NCBI GenBank assembly: GCA_037721715.1
Contig: JBBJOD010000001.1
Span: 1 to 37,659, forward strand
Direction of reading: 5' to 3'
Source of the DNA: Chitinophagaceae bacterium
Lineage (GTDB): Bacteria; Bacteroidota; Bacteroidia; Chitinophagales; Chitinophagaceae
Length of the DNA stretch: 37,659 bases
Shown here: one piece after another, positions 18,013-26,922 of the stretch
Layout of the letters: each line of letters begins with the position of its first letter
Position numbering within the stretch: position 1 is the stretch's first letter
Program-made: the position numbers and the translations under genes
The notes under the pieces: generated by a model
Seen by the model: only the letters and a program-made list of their open reading frames with translations
Databases searched by the model: none
Told to the model about the DNA's origin: nothing

Positions 18013-18801
18013 ATGCAGACCCAGAGAGAAGTCATATTATATATTATCGTTACAGGGTTTCTTTTCTTTATATTGATCAGTTTTATTCTAACGATGCTCT
18101 TTTTTCATAAAAGGCGTCAGATTAGTTTCCTGAAAGAAGTTGAATTGATCAAAGCAAATTTTGAAAAAGAGCTGCTTAAGACACAACTGGAAATTCAGGA
18201 GGAAACTTTTCAGCATATCTCACTTGAACTTCATGACAATGTCGGCCATTTTCTTTCCCTCGCAAAACTACATTTGACAACGTTGAATGGCTCGGTACCG
18301 AAACAAGTGAACGAAAAACTGGAAGATTCAGTTCAATTGATAACATGCTCGCTAAACGAAATCCGCAATATTTCAAGAAGCCTCAATACAGAAAATATCA
18401 GGAGCAACGGGCTTATAAAAACAGTTGAGCAGCAAGTGGAACAGCTTCAGAAGTCGGGTCAGTTTAAGATTAACTTTATAGTGAGTGGCAAAACCTGTTA
18501 TATGGACGATCAAAAGGAAATAGTTCTTTTCAGGATTGTACAGGAAGTACTTAACAACATTGTGAAACATTCCAATGCTGCCGTTGTAGACGTTAGAATG
18601 GATTACGATGAACACCACCTGTGTTTGAATATAACTGACAACGGTGTAGGGTTTAACGTAGAGGATGCTCTAAAACAAGAAATGCAAAATTCGTCTGGCC
18701 TGAAAAATATCATTAAAAGAAGTTCACTCATCAATGCTGTACACCAGATAAACAGCGAGCCAGGCAAAGGAACAATCATTAATATTATTACTCCATACTA
18801 G
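18013..18801 (+). CDS. sensor histidine kinase, HisKA_3 type, single TM and no sensor domain
   Basis: One N-terminal TM (ILYIIVTGFLFFILISFILTMLFF), H-box LELHDNVGHFLS, N-box VQEVLNNIVKHSNA, and G-region DNGVGF...SGLKNIIKR. Confidence 0.85.
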   Translation: MQTQREVILYIIVTGFLFFILISFILTMLFFHKRRQISFLKEVELIKANFEKELLKTQLEIQEETFQHISLELHDNVGHFLSLAKLHLTTLNGSVPKQVNEKLEDSVQLITCSLNEIRNISRSLNTENIRSNGLIKTVEQQVEQLQKSGQFKINFIVSGKTCYMDDQKEIVLFRIVQEVLNNIVKHSNAAVVDVRMDYDEHHLCLNITDNGVGFNVEDALKQEMQNSSGLKNIIKRSSLINAVHQINSEPGKGTIINIITPY

Positions 18802-18812
18802 CCAGGCCCTAT

Positions 18813-19475
18813 ATGAACAACAACCATCCAACCATAAAGATTGCACTTATAGACGATCATGTTCTTCTCCGTGATGCCCTGGCGGGCGTAATATGCAACT
18901 TCGAGCATTGTATGGTAACCATAAGGTCAGATAATGGTAGAGACTTCATTGATCAGTTAAGAAATCATAATATACCGGACCTGGTAATACTGGATATTAA
19001 TATGCCTGTAATGGACGGTTATGAAACTTCTAAATGGATTAAAGATAATCACCCGGAGCTGAATGTTATCATCCTTACTATGTTCGATTCAGAAATTGCA
19101 TTGATACGTTTATTACAGGCGGGTGTAAAGGCGTTTTTAAAAAAAGACACCCACCCTAAAGAACTTCAATTTGCAATTGAATCTGTATTTGAAACCGGTT
19201 ATTATTATTCTCAAAACTCTTCTGGAAAGCTGGCAAATGTTTTTAGAAATCCCAGCAGGAATTATACCTGCAACCCGGTTTCGCTGACAGACAACGAGAT
19301 ACGGTTTTTAAAATATTCCAGTACAGAGATGACTTATAAGGAGATTGCCGGGCAGATGTTTATCAGCCCCCGGACCGTCGACAATTACAGGGACTCTTTA
19401 TTCGAGAAACTAAATGTCAAAAGCCGGGTTGGCCTCGCCATGTATGCAATAAAAAATGGGATAGTCAACTTTTAA
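18813..19475 (+). CDS. response regulator, NarL/LuxR family
   Basis: Receiver motifs (IALIDDH, LVILDINMP, LKKD) plus a C-terminal LuxR HTH (YKEIAGQMFISPRTVDNYR). It starts 11 nt after the kinase. Confidence 0.9.
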   Translation: MNNNHPTIKIALIDDHVLLRDALAGVICNFEHCMVTIRSDNGRDFIDQLRNHNIPDLVILDINMPVMDGYETSKWIKDNHPELNVIILTMFDSEIALIRLLQAGVKAFLKKDTHPKELQFAIESVFETGYYYSQNSSGKLANVFRNPSRNYTCNPVSLTDNEIRFLKYSSTEMTYKEIAGQMFISPRTVDNYRDSLFEKLNVKSRVGLAMYAIKNGIVNF

Positions 19476-19492
19476 TAATGGCTGTTTGCAAG

Positions 19493-20152
19493 TTAGTCAA
19501 TCAGCCTGTTTCTCATTCCATAAACAATCAACCCGGCGATTGTTTTTGCTCCAACTTTAGACTTCATACTTTGTCGGATAGTTTCAACCGTGCGTGGACT
19601 TAAAAACACCTCCTTAGAAATTTCGTTGGTGGTTTTGTCATCTGCAAGCAACTTCAAGATTTTTACCTCTTTGTCTGAAAACTTTACAGGATTAGGGTAA
19701 AACTGCCTTATATTCCGCCTATTTTGTAATTTAGCCAGTACGGCTTTATTTACTACTTCGTTAAAGTAAAAATCATTGTCTACACAGGCCAGTATCGCCT
19801 GAAATATTTCTTCCGGGGCAGAAGTTTTGGTCAGGTAAGCATTTGCACCCATTTCCATGATCATTGTAATCATTTCCTGGTTATCATACATCGTCAAAAC
19901 AATTATTTTCAATTGTTCATATTCCTTTCGAAGTATTGGAATCGCATTTATGCCATCTACCTCCGGCATCCTGATATCCATTAAAAGTACATCCGGACGA
20001 ACCAATTGCATTTTATCCATAAGGTCCTTACCGTCTTCTGCCTCCCACAAGATGCGCAGGCATTCCTTTTCCTTTAGAGCCATCCGGATACCATCACGAA
20101 AGATTTTATGATCGTCGGCTATTGCAATCTTGATAATTTGATTAACAATCAT
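19493..20152 (-). CDS. response regulator, NarL/LuxR family (no adjacent kinase on its strand)
   Basis: Receiver motifs (IAIADDH, VLLMDIRMP) plus a LuxR HTH (NEISKEVFLSPRTVETIR). It is convergent with the previous regulator, with 17 nt between the stop codons. Confidence 0.9.
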   Translation of the reverse strand: MIVNQIIKIAIADDHKIFRDGIRMALKEKECLRILWEAEDGKDLMDKMQLVRPDVLLMDIRMPEVDGINAIPILRKEYEQLKIIVLTMYDNQEMITMIMEMGANAYLTKTSAPEEIFQAILACVDNDFYFNEVVNKAVLAKLQNRRNIRQFYPNPVKFSDKEVKILKLLADDKTTNEISKEVFLSPRTVETIRQSMKSKVGAKTIAGLIVYGMRNRLID

Positions 20153-20306
20153 TAGAAAAGTTTTGATAATTAGCCGGTAAGTGGAGGCTAATGCAGGATT
20201 TACCGTAGTAAGACATCGTCAGGTTAGTTTATGCTGTTATGGTACAAATTAAATTTGGCTTATCACGAGTAACCATACGTTTTAAATTAAAACATACGAA
20301 TAAATC

Positions 20307-20345
20307 CTTAGTAAAATATACATATAACGAGTATATTTTACTAAG
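20307..20345. repeat. perfect 15-bp inverted repeat with a 9-nt spacer
   Basis: CTTAGTAAAATATAC - ATATAACGA - GTATATTTTACTAAG. Confidence 0.8.
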
Positions 20346-20848
20346 TTGCTATTGATGTTATAGGTTATTACAATAGACATTTCATTGGCCGGTTTAAGAA
20401 TCTAAATCGACCATGGGCGCAAAAGTCGTTAAAAAGCAAACATTACCCGGAAATCTCATTTCCCCAATGATTGCACAAGGTTATCTTAACGTGATATTTA
20501 AACATTAATTGTCAGATTCTAGACTCAAATTTCTAAATAGCATTAAACAATGCAATTTCAAGATCTGAATTCCTGGCTTTTTGTAATCTGCTTGTTTACT
20601 TCCACTATTATTCTTATTTTTAACTTTAATAATTTAATTGACAATAGCAACGGTAAAATTACTGAAAATAACAGGTATTTTTTCTGAAATTTTATACGTA
20701 AGCATACTAGGCATTTCCCGTAAAAATCGCTCCCATCTTAACTAACAGTAATCTTTGGTCCTTTATTGAATAATTTACCCTGTTGCATATCATTATTTTT
20801 TGGATGTATTTCGTAGTACAAAATCAAAGTAATCCAAAAAATACAACT

Positions 20849-21235
20849 ATGACACCAAATCAACTCACTAAGAAATGCCCAACAATGGTTGGTGAAGAAA
20901 TCAGTCACGAACTTGGCGCAAAAATGGTTAAGGACTTTCAGGATGCAAATCCTCAGGAGATTACTGCAAATGATATAGGAAGAAATATAATAGATAGCAT
21001 ACTGGCACAACCGGGATGCGCAGGCATCAGGTTTTACAATGCAATCAACGAGATGGGCCGTAAGACCCTCGTATATGTTGGTATCGATCATCATGAACAA
21101 ATAATAACCGAATACGTAACTGTTAATACCAGTGGGCAGCTAACGACTCAAAAAGGTATAGTTGCAGACCGCTCCGTGCCACCTACAAAGCCGCCTATTA
21201 GCAAAGACATGGATACTATTTGGCAGTGGTTTTAA
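20849..21235 (+). CDS. hypothetical cytoplasmic protein (128 aa), family not recognised
   Basis: Reads MTPNQLTKKCPTMVGEEISHELGAKMVKDF...QPGCAGIRFYNAINEMGRKTLVYVGIDHHEQ...DTIWQWF. I prefer the internal ATG at 20849 over the ORF-track start at 20783, whose first 22 residues are low-complexity. There is no signal peptide. Confidence 0.55.
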   Translation: MTPNQLTKKCPTMVGEEISHELGAKMVKDFQDANPQEITANDIGRNIIDSILAQPGCAGIRFYNAINEMGRKTLVYVGIDHHEQIITEYVTVNTSGQLTTQKGIVADRSVPPTKPPISKDMDTIWQWF

Positions 21236-21288
21236 TGATATCTTAAGATAAAAAAAGCATTGCCTATATTTGAGAAACTTTCAAACGT

Positions 21289-21930
21289 TTGTTGGCAATA
21301 CAGGTTAGCATATTTTCATCCTTATTACTCATAATTGTTTTTCTAGTGTTCATTAAAAGGAACAGGGGAAAAAAATCATGGGTAATTTTTTTGTATACTA
21401 TAAGTTCTTTTTTATTCGATGTTATTTCGTTCCGGACGTATGAAACTGCAGAGGTTTTAATGCCGAATATTTACCTTTATGGGCTTTTCACTATAATTGA
21501 ATATTCTTTATTTTCTTACTTTTTCTATTTGAGTTTCAGGAACAGAAGTTCCAGACTCTTTCTCGCTCTGTGTTCTCTTATTTTTCTACTTGCTACAGTT
21601 TACAGTATTATCTATTTGAGAGACACTGAATTTGATTCGTTAACTGTTTCTTTATCAGCTGTGCTTATTCTCATATTAAGCATATTATACCTGTATGAAC
21701 AATTGAATGATATTAAAATAAGATTTATAAGTTCCAGCAAGAGCTTCTGGCTCGTTGTAGCTTTTGTAATGTATGTATCGTTAACCTTGTTCCTTTTTAT
21801 CGCGACACCCCATCTTCCGGAAGAAGAAACGGAGAGTTTTTGGCGGATTACAAATATTGCCAATATCTTAAAAAATTCTCTTTTCGCAGTTGCTTTTATT
21901 AAACCACCGTCTAAAGACGACCTTGTATGA
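21289..21930 (+). CDS. polytopic membrane protein (6-7 TM), candidate detached sensor module
   Basis: 213 aa and almost entirely hydrophobic helices. It has a TTG start and lies 86 nt upstream of a sensor-less kinase on the same strand. Confidence 0.6.
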   Translation: MLAIQVSIFSSLLLIIVFLVFIKRNRGKKSWVIFLYTISSFLFDVISFRTYETAEVLMPNIYLYGLFTIIEYSLFSYFFYLSFRNRSSRLFLALCSLIFLLATVYSIIYLRDTEFDSLTVSLSAVLILILSILYLYEQLNDIKIRFISSSKSFWLVVAFVMYVSLTLFLFIATPHLPEEETESFWRITNIANILKNSLFAVAFIKPPSKDDLV

Positions 21931-22016
21931 ATACCCAATCACTTAAACTTTAAAATTTCAATTTCATTTACCTGCTTCTTTACCTTCAAATATTACAAGC
22001 GAAAGCGGATAACAAC

Positions 22017-22817
22017 TTGTTAAGGCTAATTTTATCAGGCACTATCGGCATGCTTACGCTGGCGATCGGTCTGATTACGTTTGTTATTTTCCACCAGCGC
22101 AGGGTAATCCGCTACCAACTTACTTTACAGAAAATGGAGGAGCAACAACAAACTGTTTTACTCAACGCTTCTATCCAGTTGCAAGAGGAAGAAAGGCAGC
22201 GACTGGCTGCAGACCTGCATGATGATGCAGGACCATTATTGGCGACAGCTCGTCTTTACCTTAATGAAAACCTGGTAAACCTTGAGAAACCTACTCAACT
22301 GGAACATATTTCTGCAGCAAAATCTATTATTGACGATGCCATTCAACTAATTCGCAACATTTCACATAGCCTGATGCCGCCGACATTGAAAAATTTCGGA
22401 CTCGAATCAGCAATCAATGATCTTTTCCAAAAAATAACCGGTTCCGGAACTATTTCAGCGAGTGCGCGCTTTCACGATTACCAAACCCGGCTTGTTCTCG
22501 AGAAAGAACAGATTGTTTTCAGGGTTTTGCAGGAACTTGTAAACAACATTTTAAAACACAGCCATGCAAGCTATATTCATGTAACACAAAATTGTAATGG
22601 TGAAACTTTTTATATCCATTTGCACCATGATGGCATTGGATTAACCCAGGCCGATTTTGAAAAGTTAACTAAAAGTTCAGGAGGCCTTGGATTGAAGAAT
22701 ATACATAGCCGCTTGAAAGTGCTAAAAGGTAAGATCTTATTTGAAAAAGACATATCCCAGGTTTATTTCAAGATAACCATTGAATTGCCCAAAGAAGAAG
22801 AATTAGTTACCCAGTAA
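22017..22817 (+). CDS. sensor histidine kinase, HisKA_3 type, single TM and no sensor domain
   Basis: One TM (GTIGMLTLAIGLITFVIF), H-box AADLHDDAGPLLA, N-box LQELVNNILKHSHA, and G-region HDGIGL...GGLGLKNIHSR. It has a TTG start. Confidence 0.85.
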   Translation: MLRLILSGTIGMLTLAIGLITFVIFHQRRVIRYQLTLQKMEEQQQTVLLNASIQLQEEERQRLAADLHDDAGPLLATARLYLNENLVNLEKPTQLEHISAAKSIIDDAIQLIRNISHSLMPPTLKNFGLESAINDLFQKITGSGTISASARFHDYQTRLVLEKEQIVFRVLQELVNNILKHSHASYIHVTQNCNGETFYIHLHHDGIGLTQADFEKLTKSSGGLGLKNIHSRLKVLKGKILFEKDISQVYFKITIELPKEEELVTQ

Positions 22818-22865
22818 ATACAGAAGTTTTAATATGCGTATATTTACCATTATATACCTGAATTC

Positions 22866-23516
22866 ATGGGAATAATTAAAGTAGCTATTGCCGATGATCA
22901 TAAGATATTTAGAAAAGGGGTGATCCTTTCATTGCGGCCTTATAATAACATCAAATTTGTTCAGGAAGCTGATAATGGCCAGGAACTTATCGATGGTTTG
23001 GAGGCATCTAAACCTGATGTTATACTGATGGATCTCCGTATGCCTTTTAAAGATGGTATTGAAACAACCAAATACATTACTAAAACCTTCCCGAACATTT
23101 TCATTTTGGCATTAACCATGTTCGAAGACGAACGCTTTGTTAGCCACATGATGGAAATAGGCGCAAATGGATACCTACTAAAAAGTGCTGATCCCCAAGA
23201 GATAAAGCAGGCAATTGTAGAGGTCAGCGCTAAAGGATATTATCTTAGCAACTTCGTTAATCGCATACTGCTAAAAAAGTCTCATGCTAAACACAAAGTT
23301 GTTCCTAACCTGAATAGTGAATTAACCATCACTGACCGTGAACGTGATGTATTGAAGTACACCTGTATGGAATTTACGGCCCAGGAGATTGCTCTGAAGA
23401 TGGACATAAGTCCCCGAACAGTAGAAGCGATCAAGGACCGGCTGATGGAACGCTTTGGGGTTAAAAATACCGCAGGTCTTGTTTTCTTTGCTGTCAAAAA
23501 CAACCTGATTGATTGA
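22866..23516 (+). CDS. response regulator, NarL/LuxR family
   Basis: Receiver motifs (VAIADDH, VILMDLRMP) plus a LuxR HTH (AQEIALKMDISPRTVEAIK). It appears to be a paralogue of the regulator at 19493..20152; both end in N.LID. Confidence 0.9.
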   Translation: MGIIKVAIADDHKIFRKGVILSLRPYNNIKFVQEADNGQELIDGLEASKPDVILMDLRMPFKDGIETTKYITKTFPNIFILALTMFEDERFVSHMMEIGANGYLLKSADPQEIKQAIVEVSAKGYYLSNFVNRILLKKSHAKHKVVPNLNSELTITDRERDVLKYTCMEFTAQEIALKMDISPRTVEAIKDRLMERFGVKNTAGLVFFAVKNNLID

Positions 23517-23549
23517 CCAAATGATCAATGCTGCTATATGTATCCAACT

Positions 23550-24293
23550 TCAACTCTTCAGCATAGAAGTCATATAAGGAGTTTGCAATTTCCTCATAAG
23601 AGATCCTTCCAAAAATTCACCTAATTTTATATTAAAGCTTTTTACCGCTAGAAATTTTTCTCGAAGGAAAGTGATCGCAGTTTCAACCCCCTCACTGCCA
23701 GTGCTGAATCCGTTCACAGCGTTTTCTTCGTTCTTCTCCTGGTCATCCTTTAGATCCATTATGTCATCCATCAATAACAATGATGGAACAAGGGCATACC
23801 ATTTTTCAATGATGGTATTTGTTATCTTTCCCGGTAAATCAAGATAACATAGAGTAAATAAAAAAGTATCTGCCCTGTTAAGGGCTTTGTTGTTCGTTCC
23901 GAGGTTCTTGTACATTCGCAGATCGTTCTCAAAATATTCCAGCAGGTCGGTATACAATGGAACATTTTTCACCTTGTTTTTACACAATGCTTTGCAATTA
24001 GAAACATGAGTTTGAAATTGAATCAGCTTATGCTCATGCATTGCGGCACTGTGTAAGATGGCTTCCATCAATCTGATATACTCTTCCTCCAATAAATTTT
24101 CAATGCTCACACCGCATTTGTACTGGATATCAACAAAAAGAGGAATGAATAAATAGCCGGTACCACTTGATACATACAAATACTTTTCCTTCCAATACAG
24201 ATTTTCAACTGGTACATTCCGATCTACAAAGAAAGCGGCTATTTCGAAATCAAGTCCCAGGTTTTCGTGTAAGTGATGTTTGCTTGTGAACAT
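23550..24293 (-). CDS. hypothetical protein (247 aa) with a DDxxD motif
   Basis: Intact ORF with no signal peptide. It contains LLLMDDIMDLKDDQEKNEEN and AILHSAAMHEH. See the finding on this gene. Confidence 0.6.
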   Translation of the reverse strand: MFTSKHHLHENLGLDFEIAAFFVDRNVPVENLYWKEKYLYVSSGTGYLFIPLFVDIQYKCGVSIENLLEEEYIRLMEAILHSAAMHEHKLIQFQTHVSNCKALCKNKVKNVPLYTDLLEYFENDLRMYKNLGTNNKALNRADTFLFTLCYLDLPGKITNTIIEKWYALVPSLLLMDDIMDLKDDQEKNEENAVNGFSTGSEGVETAITFLREKFLAVKSFNIKLGEFLEGSLMRKLQTPYMTSMLKS

Positions 24294-24346
24294 ACTGTGC
24301 CCTTTAATAAATTAAGAAAGCAAAACGGTTCAATTTAACTTAGAAC

Positions 24347-24718
24347 TTATTTTACAGGCAGAGGTTTTGCCAGCGTATCTTTGGGCATATACATGGCATG
24401 TCTTTCACGCTCGGCCTTTTTGCTTAAACTATCAAACACTACTTTCAATATATCAGGTCTGCTTGCGTAATAATTAAAGCTGGCTGAAAATTGTTTCTCA
24501 GTTATCTTATGAAGCGCAAATACCTGCTTGTATAATTTTAAACGTTCGGTATTGATATTCTTAGCGGAATCCTTTAACAAATAACCGGTGGCAAATTCAT
24601 CTACCTGGATCATGTCCCACAATAGGGTAGTCATTTCACGGGAGGGAATGACTTTGGGATCACGGCGATCGCATCCAAAGAACAAGAAGATACATATTAC
24701 AGGGGCCCACTTATTCAT
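24347..24718 (-). CDS. DUF4296-like lipoprotein
   Basis: Lipoprotein signal (VICIFLFFGC). Its size and its position after the DUF4835 gene are typical of Bacteroidetes. It overlaps the upstream gene by ATGA. Confidence 0.6.
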   Translation of the reverse strand: MNKWAPVICIFLFFGCDRRDPKVIPSREMTTLLWDMIQVDEFATGYLLKDSAKNINTERLKLYKQVFALHKITEKQFSASFNYYASRPDILKVVFDSLSKKAERERHAMYMPKDTLAKPLPVK

Positions 24719-25635
24719 TTCAATTCCTGGTTATAGTTGCCGGCATTAGTGATATCCAGTCTTGCAAGTATCTCCAGCGCCCTTGACCTTTCATCTGGCG
24801 GAGCCTTCTTAAATATTTTTATGAATTCATTGCTTTTACCCAAAAAGAAAAACTGCATGATCATAGAATTTGGAATTTCCTTATTCAGGTTATTCAAAAG
24901 ATTTAATGTATTCAGGATCGCGTTACGAGCTTCGATTTCCTTATCGTACATGTTATCCATACCTAAATGATAATAACTGTAGAATGCATCATGTACAAGC
25001 GTATAACGGCTACTTGTAAGGTTTTCCATTAACCAGTAACGGTTTCGCTGCCCATCAAAAGCACGCCAGCCAATTATTTCCCTTCCGTCTGGCGCATTAT
25101 TTACAATACTTTGCGCCTTCTGGAAGTAAGCATCCCCTCCGCGCAGTGCAAAGGAATCAAAGTCGAGTCCGAGAATGATATTTACATAATACGCCAGTAC
25201 AGCCGTGAGATTTGATGCTACAGGATCAGTACCTGAAACCCTGTTTTCATTGAACTCCAATGGCTGGTATTCTACATATCGAAAGGCTACATTTTCATCG
25301 ATGTAATTGATAAGTGGCGTTTCATAAGAGGAATTGAATACGGGGCGGGCAGCTTGTATTGTCAGCGAAGATTGAAAGACATTATTTTCTGCCTGCGTAA
25401 TGTTCAGTAGAAAATTACAAACAATTCTTTCGTTGGGTTGAAAATTTTCTTTTGTCCATTTACGTGAATTAAGAAATGTATTAAGTGCTGACTGCAGGGT
25501 CTGAAAAACCTTCCTGTCAGTTTGCGAACCTACCCTACTTGCGTTTACAGTGATCCTGGCCTGCAATTCCTGGCTGTAAACCGATTGCCTAGCATTTAAA
25601 AGTAACAGAATAACGAAAGGAAGTACTCTAAGCAT
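24715..25635 (-). CDS. porD: DUF4835-family protein (named T9SS protein PorD in some annotations)
   Basis: 306 aa with a signal peptide. It occupies the conserved position immediately after coaBC in the Bacteroidetes bamD-rpoZ-coaBC cluster. The family assignment is from memory of that synteny and of sequence style, not from a search. Confidence 0.6.
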   Translation of the reverse strand: MLRVLPFVILLLLNARQSVYSQELQARITVNASRVGSQTDRKVFQTLQSALNTFLNSRKWTKENFQPNERIVCNFLLNITQAENNVFQSSLTIQAARPVFNSSYETPLINYIDENVAFRYVEYQPLEFNENRVSGTDPVASNLTAVLAYYVNIILGLDFDSFALRGGDAYFQKAQSIVNNAPDGREIIGWRAFDGQRNRYWLMENLTSSRYTLVHDAFYSYYHLGMDNMYDKEIEARNAILNTLNLLNNLNKEIPNSMIMQFFFLGKSNEFIKIFKKAPPDERSRALEILARLDITNAGNYNQELK

Positions 25636-26824
25636 AAAAAAACGTTATTATCGTGTCAACAATATCCCGGGCAACCAGTTCTTTGGGCTTCTTATCAAAT
25701 ATTATCTCACTGCCATTTTTTTCGTAAATAGTTATGCGGTTTGTATCATGGCCAAAACCGGCACCCTGGTCATTTAATGAGTTAAGCACCAGCATGTCTG
25801 CCTGTTTCGTGGATAATTTAATCAACGCATTTTCTCTTTCGTTATTTGTTTCCAGTGCAAATCCGACTAAAAACTGACCGTTTTTTTTTCTTTTTCCCAA
25901 TGTTTGAAGGATGTCTTTGGTCTTTATAAGTTCTAAGGTAAGGGTATCCTCTTTCTTTTTTATTTTATTGGTTGCAACTGAAATCGGTGTATAATCAGCC
26001 ACTGCTGCTGACATTATTGCAATATCATTATCATCAAATTGAGCCAAACAAGCATCATACATTTCGTTGGCTGATTTAACATGAAAGGTGTGAACGTTTG
26101 GATGATCGATGGAGAGGATTGAAGGCCCCAGAACAAGATTAACTACTGCTCCCCTTTTTACCAACTCCCTGGTCAATGCCAAGCCCATCTTTCCAGAAGA
26201 GTGATTACCGATAAACCGCACCGGGTCTATCGCTTCATAAGTAGGGCCTGCCGTTACCAGTACTCTTTTTCCTTCCAGGTCCATTTTCCGAAAAATGCTG
26301 GTTGAAATATATTCCAGGATAGCCTCAGGTTCAGCCATTCTTCCATCACCAATTAAACCGCTGGCAAGTGAACCGTTATCCACAGGAATGATATGATTTC
26401 CTACATTCTCCAGGTGTTTGATATTTTGCTTTGTAGTGGCGTGTTGCCACATATCTTCATCCATTGCAGGAGCAACCACCACCGGGCACGTTGAAGACAA
26501 GTACGTAGCTAACAATAAATTGTCACAAGCGCCATGAGCCATTTTAGACAAGGTATTACAACTCAGAGGAGCTATAATCATCACATCTGCCCATCGGCCT
26601 AACATGACATGATTAGCCCAGGAATGCGCCTCAAATAAATCTATCATTACCTCATTACCCGACAGCGTTGATATAGTAAGAGGAGACACAAAATCTTTAG
26701 CCGCTGCGGTCATAATGACTTTTACCTCGGCTCCTGCTTTTACGAACAGGCGAACCAAAAGAATGGATTTATATGCTGCGATACTACCGGTAACTGCCAA
26801 CAATATTCTCTTACCCTTAAGCAT
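25628..26824 (-). CDS. coaBC: bifunctional phosphopantothenoylcysteine decarboxylase / phosphopantothenate-cysteine ligase
   Basis: 398 aa with an N-terminal flavoprotein domain (ILLAVTGSIAAYK) and a C-terminal CoaB domain (GNHSSGKMG, AAVADY). Confidence 0.92.
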   Translation of the reverse strand: MLKGKRILLAVTGSIAAYKSILLVRLFVKAGAEVKVIMTAAAKDFVSPLTISTLSGNEVMIDLFEAHSWANHVMLGRWADVMIIAPLSCNTLSKMAHGACDNLLLATYLSSTCPVVVAPAMDEDMWQHATTKQNIKHLENVGNHIIPVDNGSLASGLIGDGRMAEPEAILEYISTSIFRKMDLEGKRVLVTAGPTYEAIDPVRFIGNHSSGKMGLALTRELVKRGAVVNLVLGPSILSIDHPNVHTFHVKSANEMYDACLAQFDDNDIAIMSAAVADYTPISVATNKIKKKEDTLTLELIKTKDILQTLGKRKKNGQFLVGFALETNNERENALIKLSTKQADMLVLNSLNDQGAGFGHDTNRITIYEKNGSEIIFDKKPKELVARDIVDTIITFFYA

Positions 26825-26865
26825 CTTTAAAAATATACAATTTATTATCTATTTACAGAGTGCTG

Positions 26866-26899
26866 CCTAAAATAAAAGCGGCAGGAGTGCTGCCGCTTT
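26866..26899 (-). terminator. candidate intrinsic terminator/attenuator between rpoZ and coaBC
   Basis: Stem AAAGCGGCAG/CTGCCGCTTT with loop GAGTG. On the minus strand it is followed by TTTTATTTT. Confidence 0.5.
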
Positions 26900-26922
26900 C
26901 TAAAATTTTAATCGAAAGACTC

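Noticed and set aside
20738-21100. 120-aa minus ORF, and the 108-aa minus ORF at 21612..21938
   Set aside because: Both are antisense to the 128-aa and 7TM genes respectively. Their composition is typical of an AT-rich antisense frame.
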